Source of the DNA: Acinetobacter phage VB_ApiP_XC38
Sequence record: MN508356.1
Direction: 5' to 3' (one strand)
Length of the DNA stretch: 64,000 nt
Shown here one piece after another: positions 30,075 through 39,108 of the stretch. How positions within the stretch are numbered: the stretch's first letter is position 1; every line of letters starts with the position of its first letter. Below the pieces are notes generated by a model. That model was not told the DNA's origin. It was given only the letters and a program-made list of their open reading frames with translations, and searched no databases. The position numbers were made by a program, and so were the translations under genes.

Positions 30075-30795
30075 GAACTATATCCAATAACTGTTGTGCA
30101 TCGTTATCAATATATGTTTCAGTCTGTGAGAACATTCCAATAGGGCCACGAATACGTTCACCAGTGGTGTTCTTTGTAATGCGTGTTTGGAATACGTGCT
30201 TATAACCAACAAGCTTGTCATCTTCAGTGATGTTCAAGTATTGGTTTTCGTACTCTGTAAGGTCGCGTAATGGAACCTTCTTCGTGTTCACGTTAAGCGA
30301 GAAGAATGATTCAATACCTACAGCTTTTAGAGCACCTTTAACTTTTGACTGGACTTTACGTAAACCTGTAGTCTCGTCAATCATCTCTTCGATATGAGTT
30401 AATATGATGACGTTCTTTGTAGACTTAGCAACATACTGCTGCATCAAGTTTTTAAAGAACTGTGAGTAGTCCTGCCAACGAGCGCGAGTGTCTGCTGCAC
30501 CTACAATGTGTACAGACTCAAACATTTCCATCATGAATGTTGCAGTATCGATAACGATAGTATGCACATGAGGTTGAGACTCAGCCCATACAAAGCCTTC
30601 ATAGATCTGATAAGGATCTGTGATTACTTTACGAATGAACTGGTTACGGAATGGTAACTTCTTACCTGCTTCACAGTTTAAGTAAAGCACCCCTTCTGGA
30701 TTACGGAGATTCATCAAAGATGCAGACTTACCTGCACCAGACTCTCCTCCAATAAGGATTAAGTTATCATTTGTTTGTTGAACTGCGGCTGTCAT
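30052..30795 (-). CDS. RecA-like P-loop ATPase (Sak4-like / N4 gp44-like)
   Basis: Walker A 'GGESGAGKS', Walker B-like 'HTIVIDTATF'. True start likely the ATG at 30795 (GGAG 7 nt upstream); the track start at 30807 is TTG. Confidence 0.5.
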   Translation of the reverse strand: MTAAVQQTNDNLILIGGESGAGKSASLMNLRNPEGVLYLNCEAGKKLPFRNQFIRKVITDPYQIYEGFVWAESQPHVHTIVIDTATFMMEMFESVHIVGAADTRARWQDYSQFFKNLMQQYVAKSTKNVIILTHIEEMIDETTGLRKVQSKVKGALKAVGIESFFSLNVNTKKVPLRDLTEYENQYLNITEDDKLVGYKHVFQTRITKNTTGERIRGPIGMFSQTETYIDNDAQQLLDIVHDFYKEE

Positions 30796-30857
30796 GTATA
30801 GCTCCAAAATGGTTAAGAGATTTCTCTCTTATTTGCGTAAGAGCGCACGGAGTGCGC

Positions 30858-33008
30858 CTACTTACTTTTACTTTGAATTGATTTCAAGATGGTTTGCTGT
30901 AACTCGTCTTCCGACAACTTATCAACAAGTTTGTTATTGAGTGATTTAACACGATCACCAATCTCAACGAAGTTTAGACCACTTTCGTAAAGCACCATTG
31001 CATAGTTATACAACTGCTTATTACGGTTACCGTCACCAGTGTTGTTAATCATCCAACGTTCAAGATTGTCTAATTGTCCTTGGTCTTTGAAACGAGCTTC
31101 ACGCTCTTCACTCTTAGACGTACGAGGGATGTATGGAAGTACATCAAACAATTGACCATCGTTAATCCATACTTCATCAGACTCAGCAGTAAGCCATTTC
31201 TTATTACGTTGATTGCAAGACTCATCCATTTCAAATGGTAGGTCTTTCATAACAGCATTCATAAATTGCTTATATTCTTCTTTGTCTAATTTCAGAATGT
31301 AATTAGTTGGAATGATTACACGATAGCGATCTAAACCATCAGCATCTTGATGACGCTTGGTTGTATAGAATACCGCTTTGTAATCCTTCAATAGTTCTTT
31401 GGCTGTGGCTAATGGAAGTGTTCCATCAACGTCAAGCACAATCATATTGAATCCAGGGATTGTAGATTCATCACGGCGTAAGCCATTATCGAAATGATGG
31501 TTTGCCCAATGAAGATCTTTGACCTTACCGAAGTTAGCCAGTTTATCGAACTGGGTCAGCTTAGGCTCGTACCCTTCAGCAAGCTTATTACTTACTGACA
31601 TGATTAGTTCATCCAAGTTTGTTTGCTTGAGTGATTCACCACGCAAGAACAAAATGGAGCCATCATAAGACTTCTTGATGATTACGTTGTTACGGTATCC
31701 CCAAGCTGTAGCATATTCAATTAACTGATCTTTCTGTGGTTTAGAACCACGGAAGCAAGGTAATGCTTGCTCAAGGTCAGGTAATGTAATGCCTGTTTCA
31801 CAATCCGCTAAATACTTAGCTACCTTTTCATAATCGTACTCAGGTTTCATTAGACGGGCAAAGTGTTCACCAGAATCTTCTGTTAAACGCATTGCTGCTT
31901 CAAGATGAGCAATTGTGATGTTTGGTGAGTAATCACGGAATGCGTAAGCACCTGCTAATTTAAGTACCTTAAAGAAGCGGTTAACTAATTCTGAATGCAG
32001 AATAGTCTCATGCTCTTTGAGTTCCTCAGCTCGTTTATCACAGCTGATTTTGTACTCCATTAGGTAGATAGCTTCTGCCTGCTCGATACGAATGATCTTG
32101 TTCAAGTTAGAGATGTCAGCTAGTTGTTCTAATGAACAAGACAGCGCATCCAACTGAGCATCGTTACTGCTATTGAACATCTGGTTTACGAGAGTTGCTG
32201 CATCATCTGTAACGACCTTACGGACTTTTGGAATATATCCAAACAGACAGCGGCGAGCATATCCCATCTCCAACATTTCAACTAAGTGCTTCTGAGTTAA
32301 ACCAGAATCAAGAAGTTTAGATGGAGTACCAAACAACAACATGTTTGTAGGCGTGTTGCCTTCAATACGTTCGTATCGTGTAGTCTCCGCAGATGACTTC
32401 ACCAATTTATCCTTGATCGTACCTGTATCGTACAATTCTAAGAATGCGTTAGTTACTTCAGTCTGCCCAACCAGGTTAGCTCCAATTTCATCAATCTGTA
32501 GATTGACTCCACCTGCTTTAGCTAAGTTGAGTTTATGACGTAACTGTTTAACTGCAGGAACAGTAGCAGAGTCAAATGAGAACAGTAGAGCACCAATTGA
32601 GTTGAACTCTTTTAATAAGCCTTCGTACTCATCAGTAGGTTGTGTTCCTTTTCGGATCGCACGACTGTGTGCAATCTTATTCATGTTCTGTTCTGCAGCT
32701 AATGGGAATGTATTTTCCATGAACGAATCACGGAAGCGATTAATGACACTATTCTCAATCAGACCAGTAGAGTAGCCCTTACCAGTACCTGAAGGAGATA
32801 AGTTCATTGCATAGATATTAATTGGAAGAGTTGATCCTCCCCAACCTTGAATACCTGCATGCATCTGAGAAGCCAGTACTCCCCAGTAGTAAGAACTAGC
32901 TATACGAAAGAACATACGTTCTGAGTTCTGAGTCTTAGCACACATGATGTCTGTAAGCATCTCAGTAACCGGATCGTAAGCCATGTCTTCAAAATTTTTA
33001 AGTTGCAT
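30858..33008 (-). CDS. DNA primase-like replication protein (N4 gp43-like)
   Basis: 716 aa. P-loop-like 'LSPSGTGKGYS'. TOPRIM-like DxD segment 'NMIVLDVDGTLPLATAKELLKD'. Sits between nuclease and ATPase genes in the replication module. Confidence 0.45.
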   Translation of the reverse strand: MQLKNFEDMAYDPVTEMLTDIMCAKTQNSERMFFRIASSYYWGVLASQMHAGIQGWGGSTLPINIYAMNLSPSGTGKGYSTGLIENSVINRFRDSFMENTFPLAAEQNMNKIAHSRAIRKGTQPTDEYEGLLKEFNSIGALLFSFDSATVPAVKQLRHKLNLAKAGGVNLQIDEIGANLVGQTEVTNAFLELYDTGTIKDKLVKSSAETTRYERIEGNTPTNMLLFGTPSKLLDSGLTQKHLVEMLEMGYARRCLFGYIPKVRKVVTDDAATLVNQMFNSSNDAQLDALSCSLEQLADISNLNKIIRIEQAEAIYLMEYKISCDKRAEELKEHETILHSELVNRFFKVLKLAGAYAFRDYSPNITIAHLEAAMRLTEDSGEHFARLMKPEYDYEKVAKYLADCETGITLPDLEQALPCFRGSKPQKDQLIEYATAWGYRNNVIIKKSYDGSILFLRGESLKQTNLDELIMSVSNKLAEGYEPKLTQFDKLANFGKVKDLHWANHHFDNGLRRDESTIPGFNMIVLDVDGTLPLATAKELLKDYKAVFYTTKRHQDADGLDRYRVIIPTNYILKLDKEEYKQFMNAVMKDLPFEMDESCNQRNKKWLTAESDEVWINDGQLFDVLPYIPRTSKSEEREARFKDQGQLDNLERWMINNTGDGNRNKQLYNYAMVLYESGLNFVEIGDRVKSLNNKLVDKLSEDELQQTILKSIQSKSK

Positions 33009-33009
33009 T

Positions 33010-33624
33010 TTAAGTACCGTGCTTTGGGTTAAAGTTTAATCGTGCATACTCGGAATCTCTTGCTGCTAATGCGTCAGCAATCTTATCAAAAGTTCCTATA
33101 TGCTTTTGAGCTACACGTACCACAAATTTACCTAAAGGCGTTGTGCGTATGCCTGTGTGCCCAGAGCTGTTATCTGTACGTTTAGACATGTTTCTATTGT
33201 TCTCAGCTTGAGTAACCTCTGCTAAGTTACAAAGTCTGTTATCTAATCCATTATGGTTATCGTGATCAATGATAGTAGGAAGGTAGCCATGTACGTACAA
33301 CCAAATAATGTGATGCACCTTATAAAGTACGTTACCTATACTGACTTGCTTATAACCATTTGATACAGCTCCAACAGAATCGCCTACGTTAGAGTTTCTT
33401 GTAGGAAGTCTCCAAGTAAGTTCTCCAGTTAAAGCATCGTAGTTAAAAAACTTTTTAACCAGTGCTTGATTAACTACTTGATTAGATAAACTAGAGCACA
33501 AGTCACATAGATGACTTATCTTGTTTAACTTGGATGGTTTATGGTTCACTTTGTAATGGGAATTACATTCATGACACTCACATAATGAATGCGAGCTGCT
33601 AAGCTTTTGTATAATCTTAAGCAC
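33010..33624 (-). CDS. HNH-AP2 homing endonuclease (paralog 2 of 3)
   Basis: 'HHIIWLYVHGYLPTIIDHDNHNGLDNRLCNLAEVTQAENNRN' plus 'GHTGIRTTPLGKFVVRVAQKHIGTFDKIADALAARD'. Cys-rich N-terminal extension. Confidence 0.7.
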   Translation of the reverse strand: MLKIIQKLSSSHSLCECHECNSHYKVNHKPSKLNKISHLCDLCSSLSNQVVNQALVKKFFNYDALTGELTWRLPTRNSNVGDSVGAVSNGYKQVSIGNVLYKVHHIIWLYVHGYLPTIIDHDNHNGLDNRLCNLAEVTQAENNRNMSKRTDNSSGHTGIRTTPLGKFVVRVAQKHIGTFDKIADALAARDSEYARLNFNPKHGT

Positions 33625-33634
33625 TGGTTAGTTC

Positions 33635-34615
33635 CTAAATTTTTAATTCACCCGATTCAAGATATGCATCCTTTTGGGTACATACACTGAATGCGGAACA
33701 ATAAGCACATGCTGTTACTTGTCCTTTAACTACGTCAATACGACCAACACTCCCATCGTTAATGAACTTGATTTGAGCGTCACGAGGGTTGTCAAAGTTT
33801 TTGGTACTACGACCAGTAGCTTTAGGATCCTTGTAGTACTTCCAAGTGTCAGGCTTACGCCATAACTCATCATCAGTACAGTGTGGTAGATCCTTCTCAT
33901 CTAAGTTTTGACACTCAATGAGTTTACGAACCTTGTTAGTAACAAAGCGTTCTACTTCCTCAACTGGAAGTAATTCAAATTCACGTGCAATGATTTGTGC
34001 TGGAGGATAATTATCACGATCTGATAGATAGCGATTCTTATTCCAGTCTGTAAAGATGAAGATAATGGACATACGTTCATCAGTAATAATGTCGGGATTA
34101 AGCCAACGATAGATACTGCCTTGCAAGATATAGTCTTGGTCTTTATTTCCAGACGTATACGAGAAGGTTCCTGTAGTCTTAAAGTCAAACACACGACCAT
34201 CTGCAATGAAGTCAAACTTACCAGAGATAGTTACTCCTAGTACTTCGCGTTTCTTACGAAGTTCTAAGTACACTGGTATTGTTGGTTTACCAGAAGGTAC
34301 GCTTTCAGGGTTTACCATAAAGCGTTTAACAACCTTATCTGATACACCAAGACTTGCTAGGATTTCAGGAAGCTTGTCTGATAGCCAAGCTCTTTCAATA
34401 GCATCGTGGATAGCTGTACCAATACGAGATTTAATCATTCCGCTTACATCAACCTCACCAAGTCCTGGAGGGACTCGTTTAGATAAGATGACTTGGCGTA
34501 CTGACTTCATGAGACTTGTAGCAGATAAACCTGCTTCAGTTCTGTCATACGTATCGTGAGCTAACCAGACTGCTACTGGCAGTGGTAGTTCTGTTCTATT
34601 TGAATAGTTAGCCAT
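33635..34615 (-). CDS. PD-(D/E)XK nuclease with C-terminal Cys cluster (Cas4/RecB-like exonuclease)
   Basis: 'ISGKFDFIADGRVFDFKTTG' (D...D/ExK). C-terminal 'CAYCSAFSVC' Fe-S-type cysteines. Start reassigned to the ATG at 34615 (AAAGGAG RBS). Confidence 0.5.
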   Translation of the reverse strand: MANYSNRTELPLPVAVWLAHDTYDRTEAGLSATSLMKSVRQVILSKRVPPGLGEVDVSGMIKSRIGTAIHDAIERAWLSDKLPEILASLGVSDKVVKRFMVNPESVPSGKPTIPVYLELRKKREVLGVTISGKFDFIADGRVFDFKTTGTFSYTSGNKDQDYILQGSIYRWLNPDIITDERMSIIFIFTDWNKNRYLSDRDNYPPAQIIAREFELLPVEEVERFVTNKVRKLIECQNLDEKDLPHCTDDELWRKPDTWKYYKDPKATGRSTKNFDNPRDAQIKFINDGSVGRIDVVKGQVTACAYCSAFSVCTQKDAYLESGELKI

Positions 34616-34662
34616 TACTTCTCCTTTGAGAGCACACGACCACCCGAAGGGTGGCCTGTAGA

Positions 34663-34887
34663 TTACTCTGCAACTACAATCCAATCTTCAGATAAAAGAT
34701 CAGTTTGACTGGCTAACCAAGGCACTCGATCACCTTGAGCTGTATACATGTAGATATACGGTAAGGTCATCTTAGAATGTTCGTCTGGTTCCTGTAATGC
34801 TAAATGCATACCTTTACCATTCCACCCTGTCCGTGCAACACGGAAGCCTTGTTTAAGTAATTCAATTGCTTCACCGAACTTAACCAT
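34663..34887 (-). CDS. hypothetical protein
   Basis: 74-aa ORF coupled to nrdB (overlapping stop/start). Confidence 0.35.
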   Translation of the reverse strand: MVKFGEAIELLKQGFRVARTGWNGKGMHLALQEPDEHSKMTLPYIYMYTAQGDRVPWLASQTDLLSEDWIVVAE

Positions 34888-35926
34888 TGAGGATCTCCTG
34901 TTCTAGTTCGTAGTCTGTTTTAAAGTCAGGATCTGGATAAGCCCATGCACCTGTTAAGCTGCCAATAGAATAGTTTGTACTAGCTGCTTCAAAGAAGTTC
35001 ACTAGACTAGACTTGGCAAATAGAAGTCCTACTTGTGGAAGGATTTCATCTGTTACATCAGGGTAGAGTTTATCTACACCAATGTTTAATTGACTGATAC
35101 GAGCATTAGCTAACTGCTTTAAGAACACTTCAATCTGATCAATAGATAGATCACGTAAGCTACCCTTAGCGTAAGCACACTTAGCTAAAGCAATTCCTCG
35201 CTTTACTGCATTGTGGAACATACCCATAATGGTTTGAATTTCATGATCATCTAATAGCTCATCATGTTCTTCTAGTTCTTGGTTGAATAACCAAGTAAGA
35301 CCTTCACAGTGTTGGTTTTCATCACGTGCTGACCATGCAACTACTTCTTGACCTAAACAGGTCATCTTACCGAAACGCTGAGCGTTAATAAGCATTAAGA
35401 AGATTCCATAGATACCAATACCTTCACCACATAGGTGTTTAACCAGTGTGTAGATACGATCTTGGAATGAGCCAGATTCTGCTTGAGCAATCATGAACTC
35501 ACGCTGATTAAAGACTTCATCAATCTCTAACATCTCGGAGTATTTGATTTTCTCAATACCGAACTGGTCAGGCAGCATGTCATAACACTGTACGTGTGTA
35601 GCTTCACGCTGAATGGTCTGTGCTAACCAGAAGCGTTGTTCCGGTTGTGTGTACCACTTAGCTAGGTTCTCAAAGTAAGAACCTGCTACATCTACGTCTG
35701 CTTGAGTGAAGTATAGAAGTAAGAACTCGTAGATAGCTTTTTCATCTTTATCTAGAGTTTTCCAATCCTTAACGTCTTGGCCTAACTTCTTAACTTCTTC
35801 TATAGTCCAGTTCATCTTACGATGGGTTTCAGCTAAGTTATATAGCTCTGGATAACGGAAAGGTTTCCAGTAATCGCGTGAGTCTGTTAGACCCAACGCA
35901 TCATGTTTTTCTTGGTTAAAGGCCAT
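34880..35926 (-). CDS. nrdB: ribonucleotide reductase small (beta) subunit
   Basis: 348 aa. Ferritin-like E/H-containing helices ('EATHVQCY', 'NQHCEGL'). Adjacent to the alpha subunit. Confidence 0.6.
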   Translation of the reverse strand: MAFNQEKHDALGLTDSRDYWKPFRYPELYNLAETHRKMNWTIEEVKKLGQDVKDWKTLDKDEKAIYEFLLLYFTQADVDVAGSYFENLAKWYTQPEQRFWLAQTIQREATHVQCYDMLPDQFGIEKIKYSEMLEIDEVFNQREFMIAQAESGSFQDRIYTLVKHLCGEGIGIYGIFLMLINAQRFGKMTCLGQEVVAWSARDENQHCEGLTWLFNQELEEHDELLDDHEIQTIMGMFHNAVKRGIALAKCAYAKGSLRDLSIDQIEVFLKQLANARISQLNIGVDKLYPDVTDEILPQVGLLFAKSSLVNFFEAASTNYSIGSLTGAWAYPDPDFKTDYELEQEILNG

Positions 35927-36182
35927 TGATTAGCTCCAATAATTCAGGGTGGTATTCATAGTGAAAGTCAGATCTACGTTCTAGGATTTTTTCAGCCATG
36001 TTTTTAGCTGATGGTGTTCCAAAACGAGACTCTACTCCTACGAATAAATGAAAGTAGTTATGCCGTTTAAACACAATCGTACCTTCACTCTTACTGATAG
36101 GCAGGTACTTACGTGTACCTGCTATTGTTTCTATGGCCTTGGTTAACTGCTCTACAGTTAGTTCCATTGGTTTATCCTTCAC
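35916..36182 (-). CDS. hypothetical protein between nrdA and nrdB
   Basis: 88 aa with no CxxC motif, so not an obvious glutaredoxin. Confidence 0.4.
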   Translation of the reverse strand: MKDKPMELTVEQLTKAIETIAGTRKYLPISKSEGTIVFKRHNYFHLFVGVESRFGTPSAKNMAEKILERRSDFHYEYHPELLELINGL

Positions 36183-38166
36183 AACTTACACATGCAGTGA
36201 ATAAGTCTGCACGGTTATAATCAACCGTATCTTCTGATTTGGTTTCCTTAGCAAAGGCATTAGATGATGCCAAAGCTTTCGTACGAATGTAGTAGCGAGA
36301 CTTACAGCCTTTCTTCCACATTTGGAAATGCACAGCATTCACGTATGTACGAGGTACACCCGGTAAGAAGAATAAGTTAGTAGAGATAGCTTGACATACA
36401 AACTGTTGGGCACATGCTACATGTTCAACAATCCACATCTGATCAATCTCAAATGCTGTACGTAGAACTTTCTTCTCATGAGCTGACAAGAAGTCTAAGT
36501 GCTGAACTGAACCATCGTTATCAACGATAGATTTAATTACAGCTGCATTATTCTTACCGTACTTCTCAAGACACTTGAGTAGGTATGGTTCGATCATCTG
36601 GAATGTTCCAGAAGTAGTTTGCTGAGGGTAGATGTTTTGGAATCGTGGTTCACGACTTGGAGTTACACCACCACAGATTAAGCTGTTAGTTGCGGTAGGT
36701 GCATCAGCAAGTAAGTGACTATTACGATGACCAGACTTCTGCATATCAGGAGCAGGGCCACGTTTAGCACCTAGTTCACAAGTAGCTTCAACAGCTACAC
36801 CTTTTACCCATTTGGTTACGTTGTATGTGATGTCTAAAGCTTCACGAGATTCGTAAGGTAGGTCACATAGTTTGAAATAAGAATCCCAACCCATAGAACC
36901 AAGACCTACAGCTCGTTCTTGCTTAGCAGAGAATACTGCTTTACGTAAACCCATGAATCGCTCTTCAACAATGTTGAGACAGATTGCTTCTACTTCTGTG
37001 TCACTGAGCATAACGCCAGTAGCATCGAAGTGTGATGTACGTAATGACTTAGCTAACTCTTCCCATGGGAAGTCTTTGGTACAAGACCAGATAGCATTCT
37101 GAATGAAGTACTCAAGTACGTTATCCAAGAACTCAATCATGTCTTTAATGAACTGGCGGTTACCCTTCCACTCATTATAAGTAAGCATGTTGTATGAGCT
37201 TAGACAGCATACTGCTGTACGTTCTTCATTGTTTGCTAACGTAATTTCTGTACAGATATTCACGTTGTTAAAGCGTAGACCTAGTGCTACTTGCTCTTTT
37301 GGTAGAGCACGCTGACATGTATCTTCAAAGACGATAAATGGACAGCCTGTTTCAAAAGGTAATTCAAGGATTAGTTCCCATAGATAGCGAGCACTAATTA
37401 CATCCTTGGTTACGCCTTTATGGTCAACAAGATGCCACTCTTCATCATTAAGTACTGCATGCATAAACTTGTCAGTAATCTTAATGGCTTGGAAGATGTT
37501 ACGGCTACGCTTGTTTGGATCACCAGACATCTTACGAGATTCAACGAACTCTACGACTTCTGGATGGTCACAACGGATGTTTCCACCATATACAGCACGG
37601 CGGTTAGAACCTTGATGCGCTGCAGTGACCATAGAATCCTCTACGTGGTAGAAAGGAACTAAACCTCCTGATACTCCACCTGTAGATGTTTTCGAGCCAC
37701 TAGGACGCAATGGTGACCAATCAGCTGCATATCCACCACCATTAGATGCAATCCATAAAGATTCACTAAGATGGTCTGCAATACCTACACGACTATCAGG
37801 TACATAACCTGTGTAGCATGAAATAGGTAATGGGCCGTATACAGACTCGTATGCATGATGACTAAAGTTCTTAGCCATGTCGTTATAGAACTTAATACGT
37901 ACTGGTGCGTTGGCTAGAACAGGTGATGCAGGCCCGGCCCAGTGGCGTTTGAAATAACCGTACATACGGAGGGCATGAGCTTCATTACTAGCAAACGCAG
38001 TTGCACAACGCATGTATGCGTCTTGAGGAGATTTTTCATTTTGTACCAAGTAACGATCTTTTACTGTTTCACGACCTGCTTCAACCATGTGGTTATCAGC
38101 AGTGTAATCAATATGTTCAGATAGTAGACGTTTAGGGAGTGGTGCATTAATAGAAGGACGAATCAT
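36172..38166 (-). CDS. nrdA: ribonucleotide reductase large (alpha) subunit, class I
   Basis: Catalytic 'VNICTEITL' (NxCxE) and C-terminal 'ACVSCEG' redox cysteines. Start reassigned to the ATG at 38166 (AGGAA RBS), which removes the 68-nt overlap with thyX. Confidence 0.85.
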   Translation of the reverse strand: MIRPSINAPLPKRLLSEHIDYTADNHMVEAGRETVKDRYLVQNEKSPQDAYMRCATAFASNEAHALRMYGYFKRHWAGPASPVLANAPVRIKFYNDMAKNFSHHAYESVYGPLPISCYTGYVPDSRVGIADHLSESLWIASNGGGYAADWSPLRPSGSKTSTGGVSGGLVPFYHVEDSMVTAAHQGSNRRAVYGGNIRCDHPEVVEFVESRKMSGDPNKRSRNIFQAIKITDKFMHAVLNDEEWHLVDHKGVTKDVISARYLWELILELPFETGCPFIVFEDTCQRALPKEQVALGLRFNNVNICTEITLANNEERTAVCCLSSYNMLTYNEWKGNRQFIKDMIEFLDNVLEYFIQNAIWSCTKDFPWEELAKSLRTSHFDATGVMLSDTEVEAICLNIVEERFMGLRKAVFSAKQERAVGLGSMGWDSYFKLCDLPYESREALDITYNVTKWVKGVAVEATCELGAKRGPAPDMQKSGHRNSHLLADAPTATNSLICGGVTPSREPRFQNIYPQQTTSGTFQMIEPYLLKCLEKYGKNNAAVIKSIVDNDGSVQHLDFLSAHEKKVLRTAFEIDQMWIVEHVACAQQFVCQAISTNLFFLPGVPRTYVNAVHFQMWKKGCKSRYYIRTKALASSNAFAKETKSEDTVDYNRADLFTACVSCEG

Positions 38167-38197
38167 TTTTATTTCCTGTATTAGAGGGAGCGGGATG

Positions 38198-38827
38198 TTA
38201 CCAGTTAAGAGCCTTAGCCACAATCGGAAGATTGTTAACGAAGACTTCTTTAGCAGCTTCCGCAATCATCATGTGTTCCTTCTGTGTACCGTTACCACTA
38301 CGTAGTTGAATGTAGTGAATCCATTGACGTACGTTACCAGACATATAAATTTTAGTACCTGTATTGAGAGGTAACACTTTACGAGCACATTCTTTAGCTA
38401 CGCCCTTTTCAAGCATAGACTCATAAATGCTTTGTGCTTCCTGAAAATGCTGTTCAATTTGGCGTTCAAAGTCTGCCATCCATACTAAGTCTTCTTCAGA
38501 AGGCTCAATAGAGTTCTGGCGGTTCTTGCTATCCTGTAAACGTAATTCAGGTACTTCTGCTACTTCAGTTACTGCAGCGTAACGCTGACTAAACTCTTGG
38601 AAATAGAAACTACGGTGACGTAGGATTTGTGCTCCTATGTCGCGTGTAGTATCAATTTCAAGTGTCATGAAGGCATGTTCAAATACAGACCAATGTGCAT
38701 GATTAATGCAGTAACGTAGCAGCCCTGCTACATCTTCATTGTTTTGGTTTGCTGGATTTGAAACACGGGCAATATAGCCCATTAGTTTTTCAGCATTAGT
38801 ACTAATACTGATAAGTTCTACTGACAT
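38198..38827 (-). CDS. thyX: flavin-dependent thymidylate synthase
   Basis: ThyX signature 'RHRSFYFQEFS' (RHR-x7-S). 209 aa. Confidence 0.85.
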   Translation of the reverse strand: MSVELISISTNAEKLMGYIARVSNPANQNNEDVAGLLRYCINHAHWSVFEHAFMTLEIDTTRDIGAQILRHRSFYFQEFSQRYAAVTEVAEVPELRLQDSKNRQNSIEPSEEDLVWMADFERQIEQHFQEAQSIYESMLEKGVAKECARKVLPLNTGTKIYMSGNVRQWIHYIQLRSGNGTQKEHMMIAEAAKEVFVNNLPIVAKALNW

Positions 38828-38830
38828 AAT

Positions 38831-39079
38831 TTATTCCTGATCAGGGTTAAATTTAATTTGCTGTGCTACATAGGCTCGATACTCTGTACCGAGGATTAAC
38901 ACCGTACCGTGGGCTGTAGCTTCCACTGGTGTTTCTGGTTCCCACTCTGCATACAATGAACCATCATCGTATTCTACAGAGCAGTGATCTTCATCGTCAT
39001 ACCACTGTGGGTACAGTAATAAACCAGAAGGTTCAGATACTAGATAATCACATTGATCGAGTAGCTCTTTTACATTCAT
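38831..39079 (-). CDS. hypothetical acidic protein
   Basis: 82-aa ORF, first gene of the − strand nucleotide-metabolism operon. Confidence 0.4.
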   Translation of the reverse strand: MNVKELLDQCDYLVSEPSGLLLYPQWYDDEDHCSVEYDDGSLYAEWEPETPVEATAHGTVLILGTEYRAYVAQQIKFNPDQE

Positions 39080-39108
39080 AGCTTTTTCCTAATTATTAAA
39101 GTCAAAAG

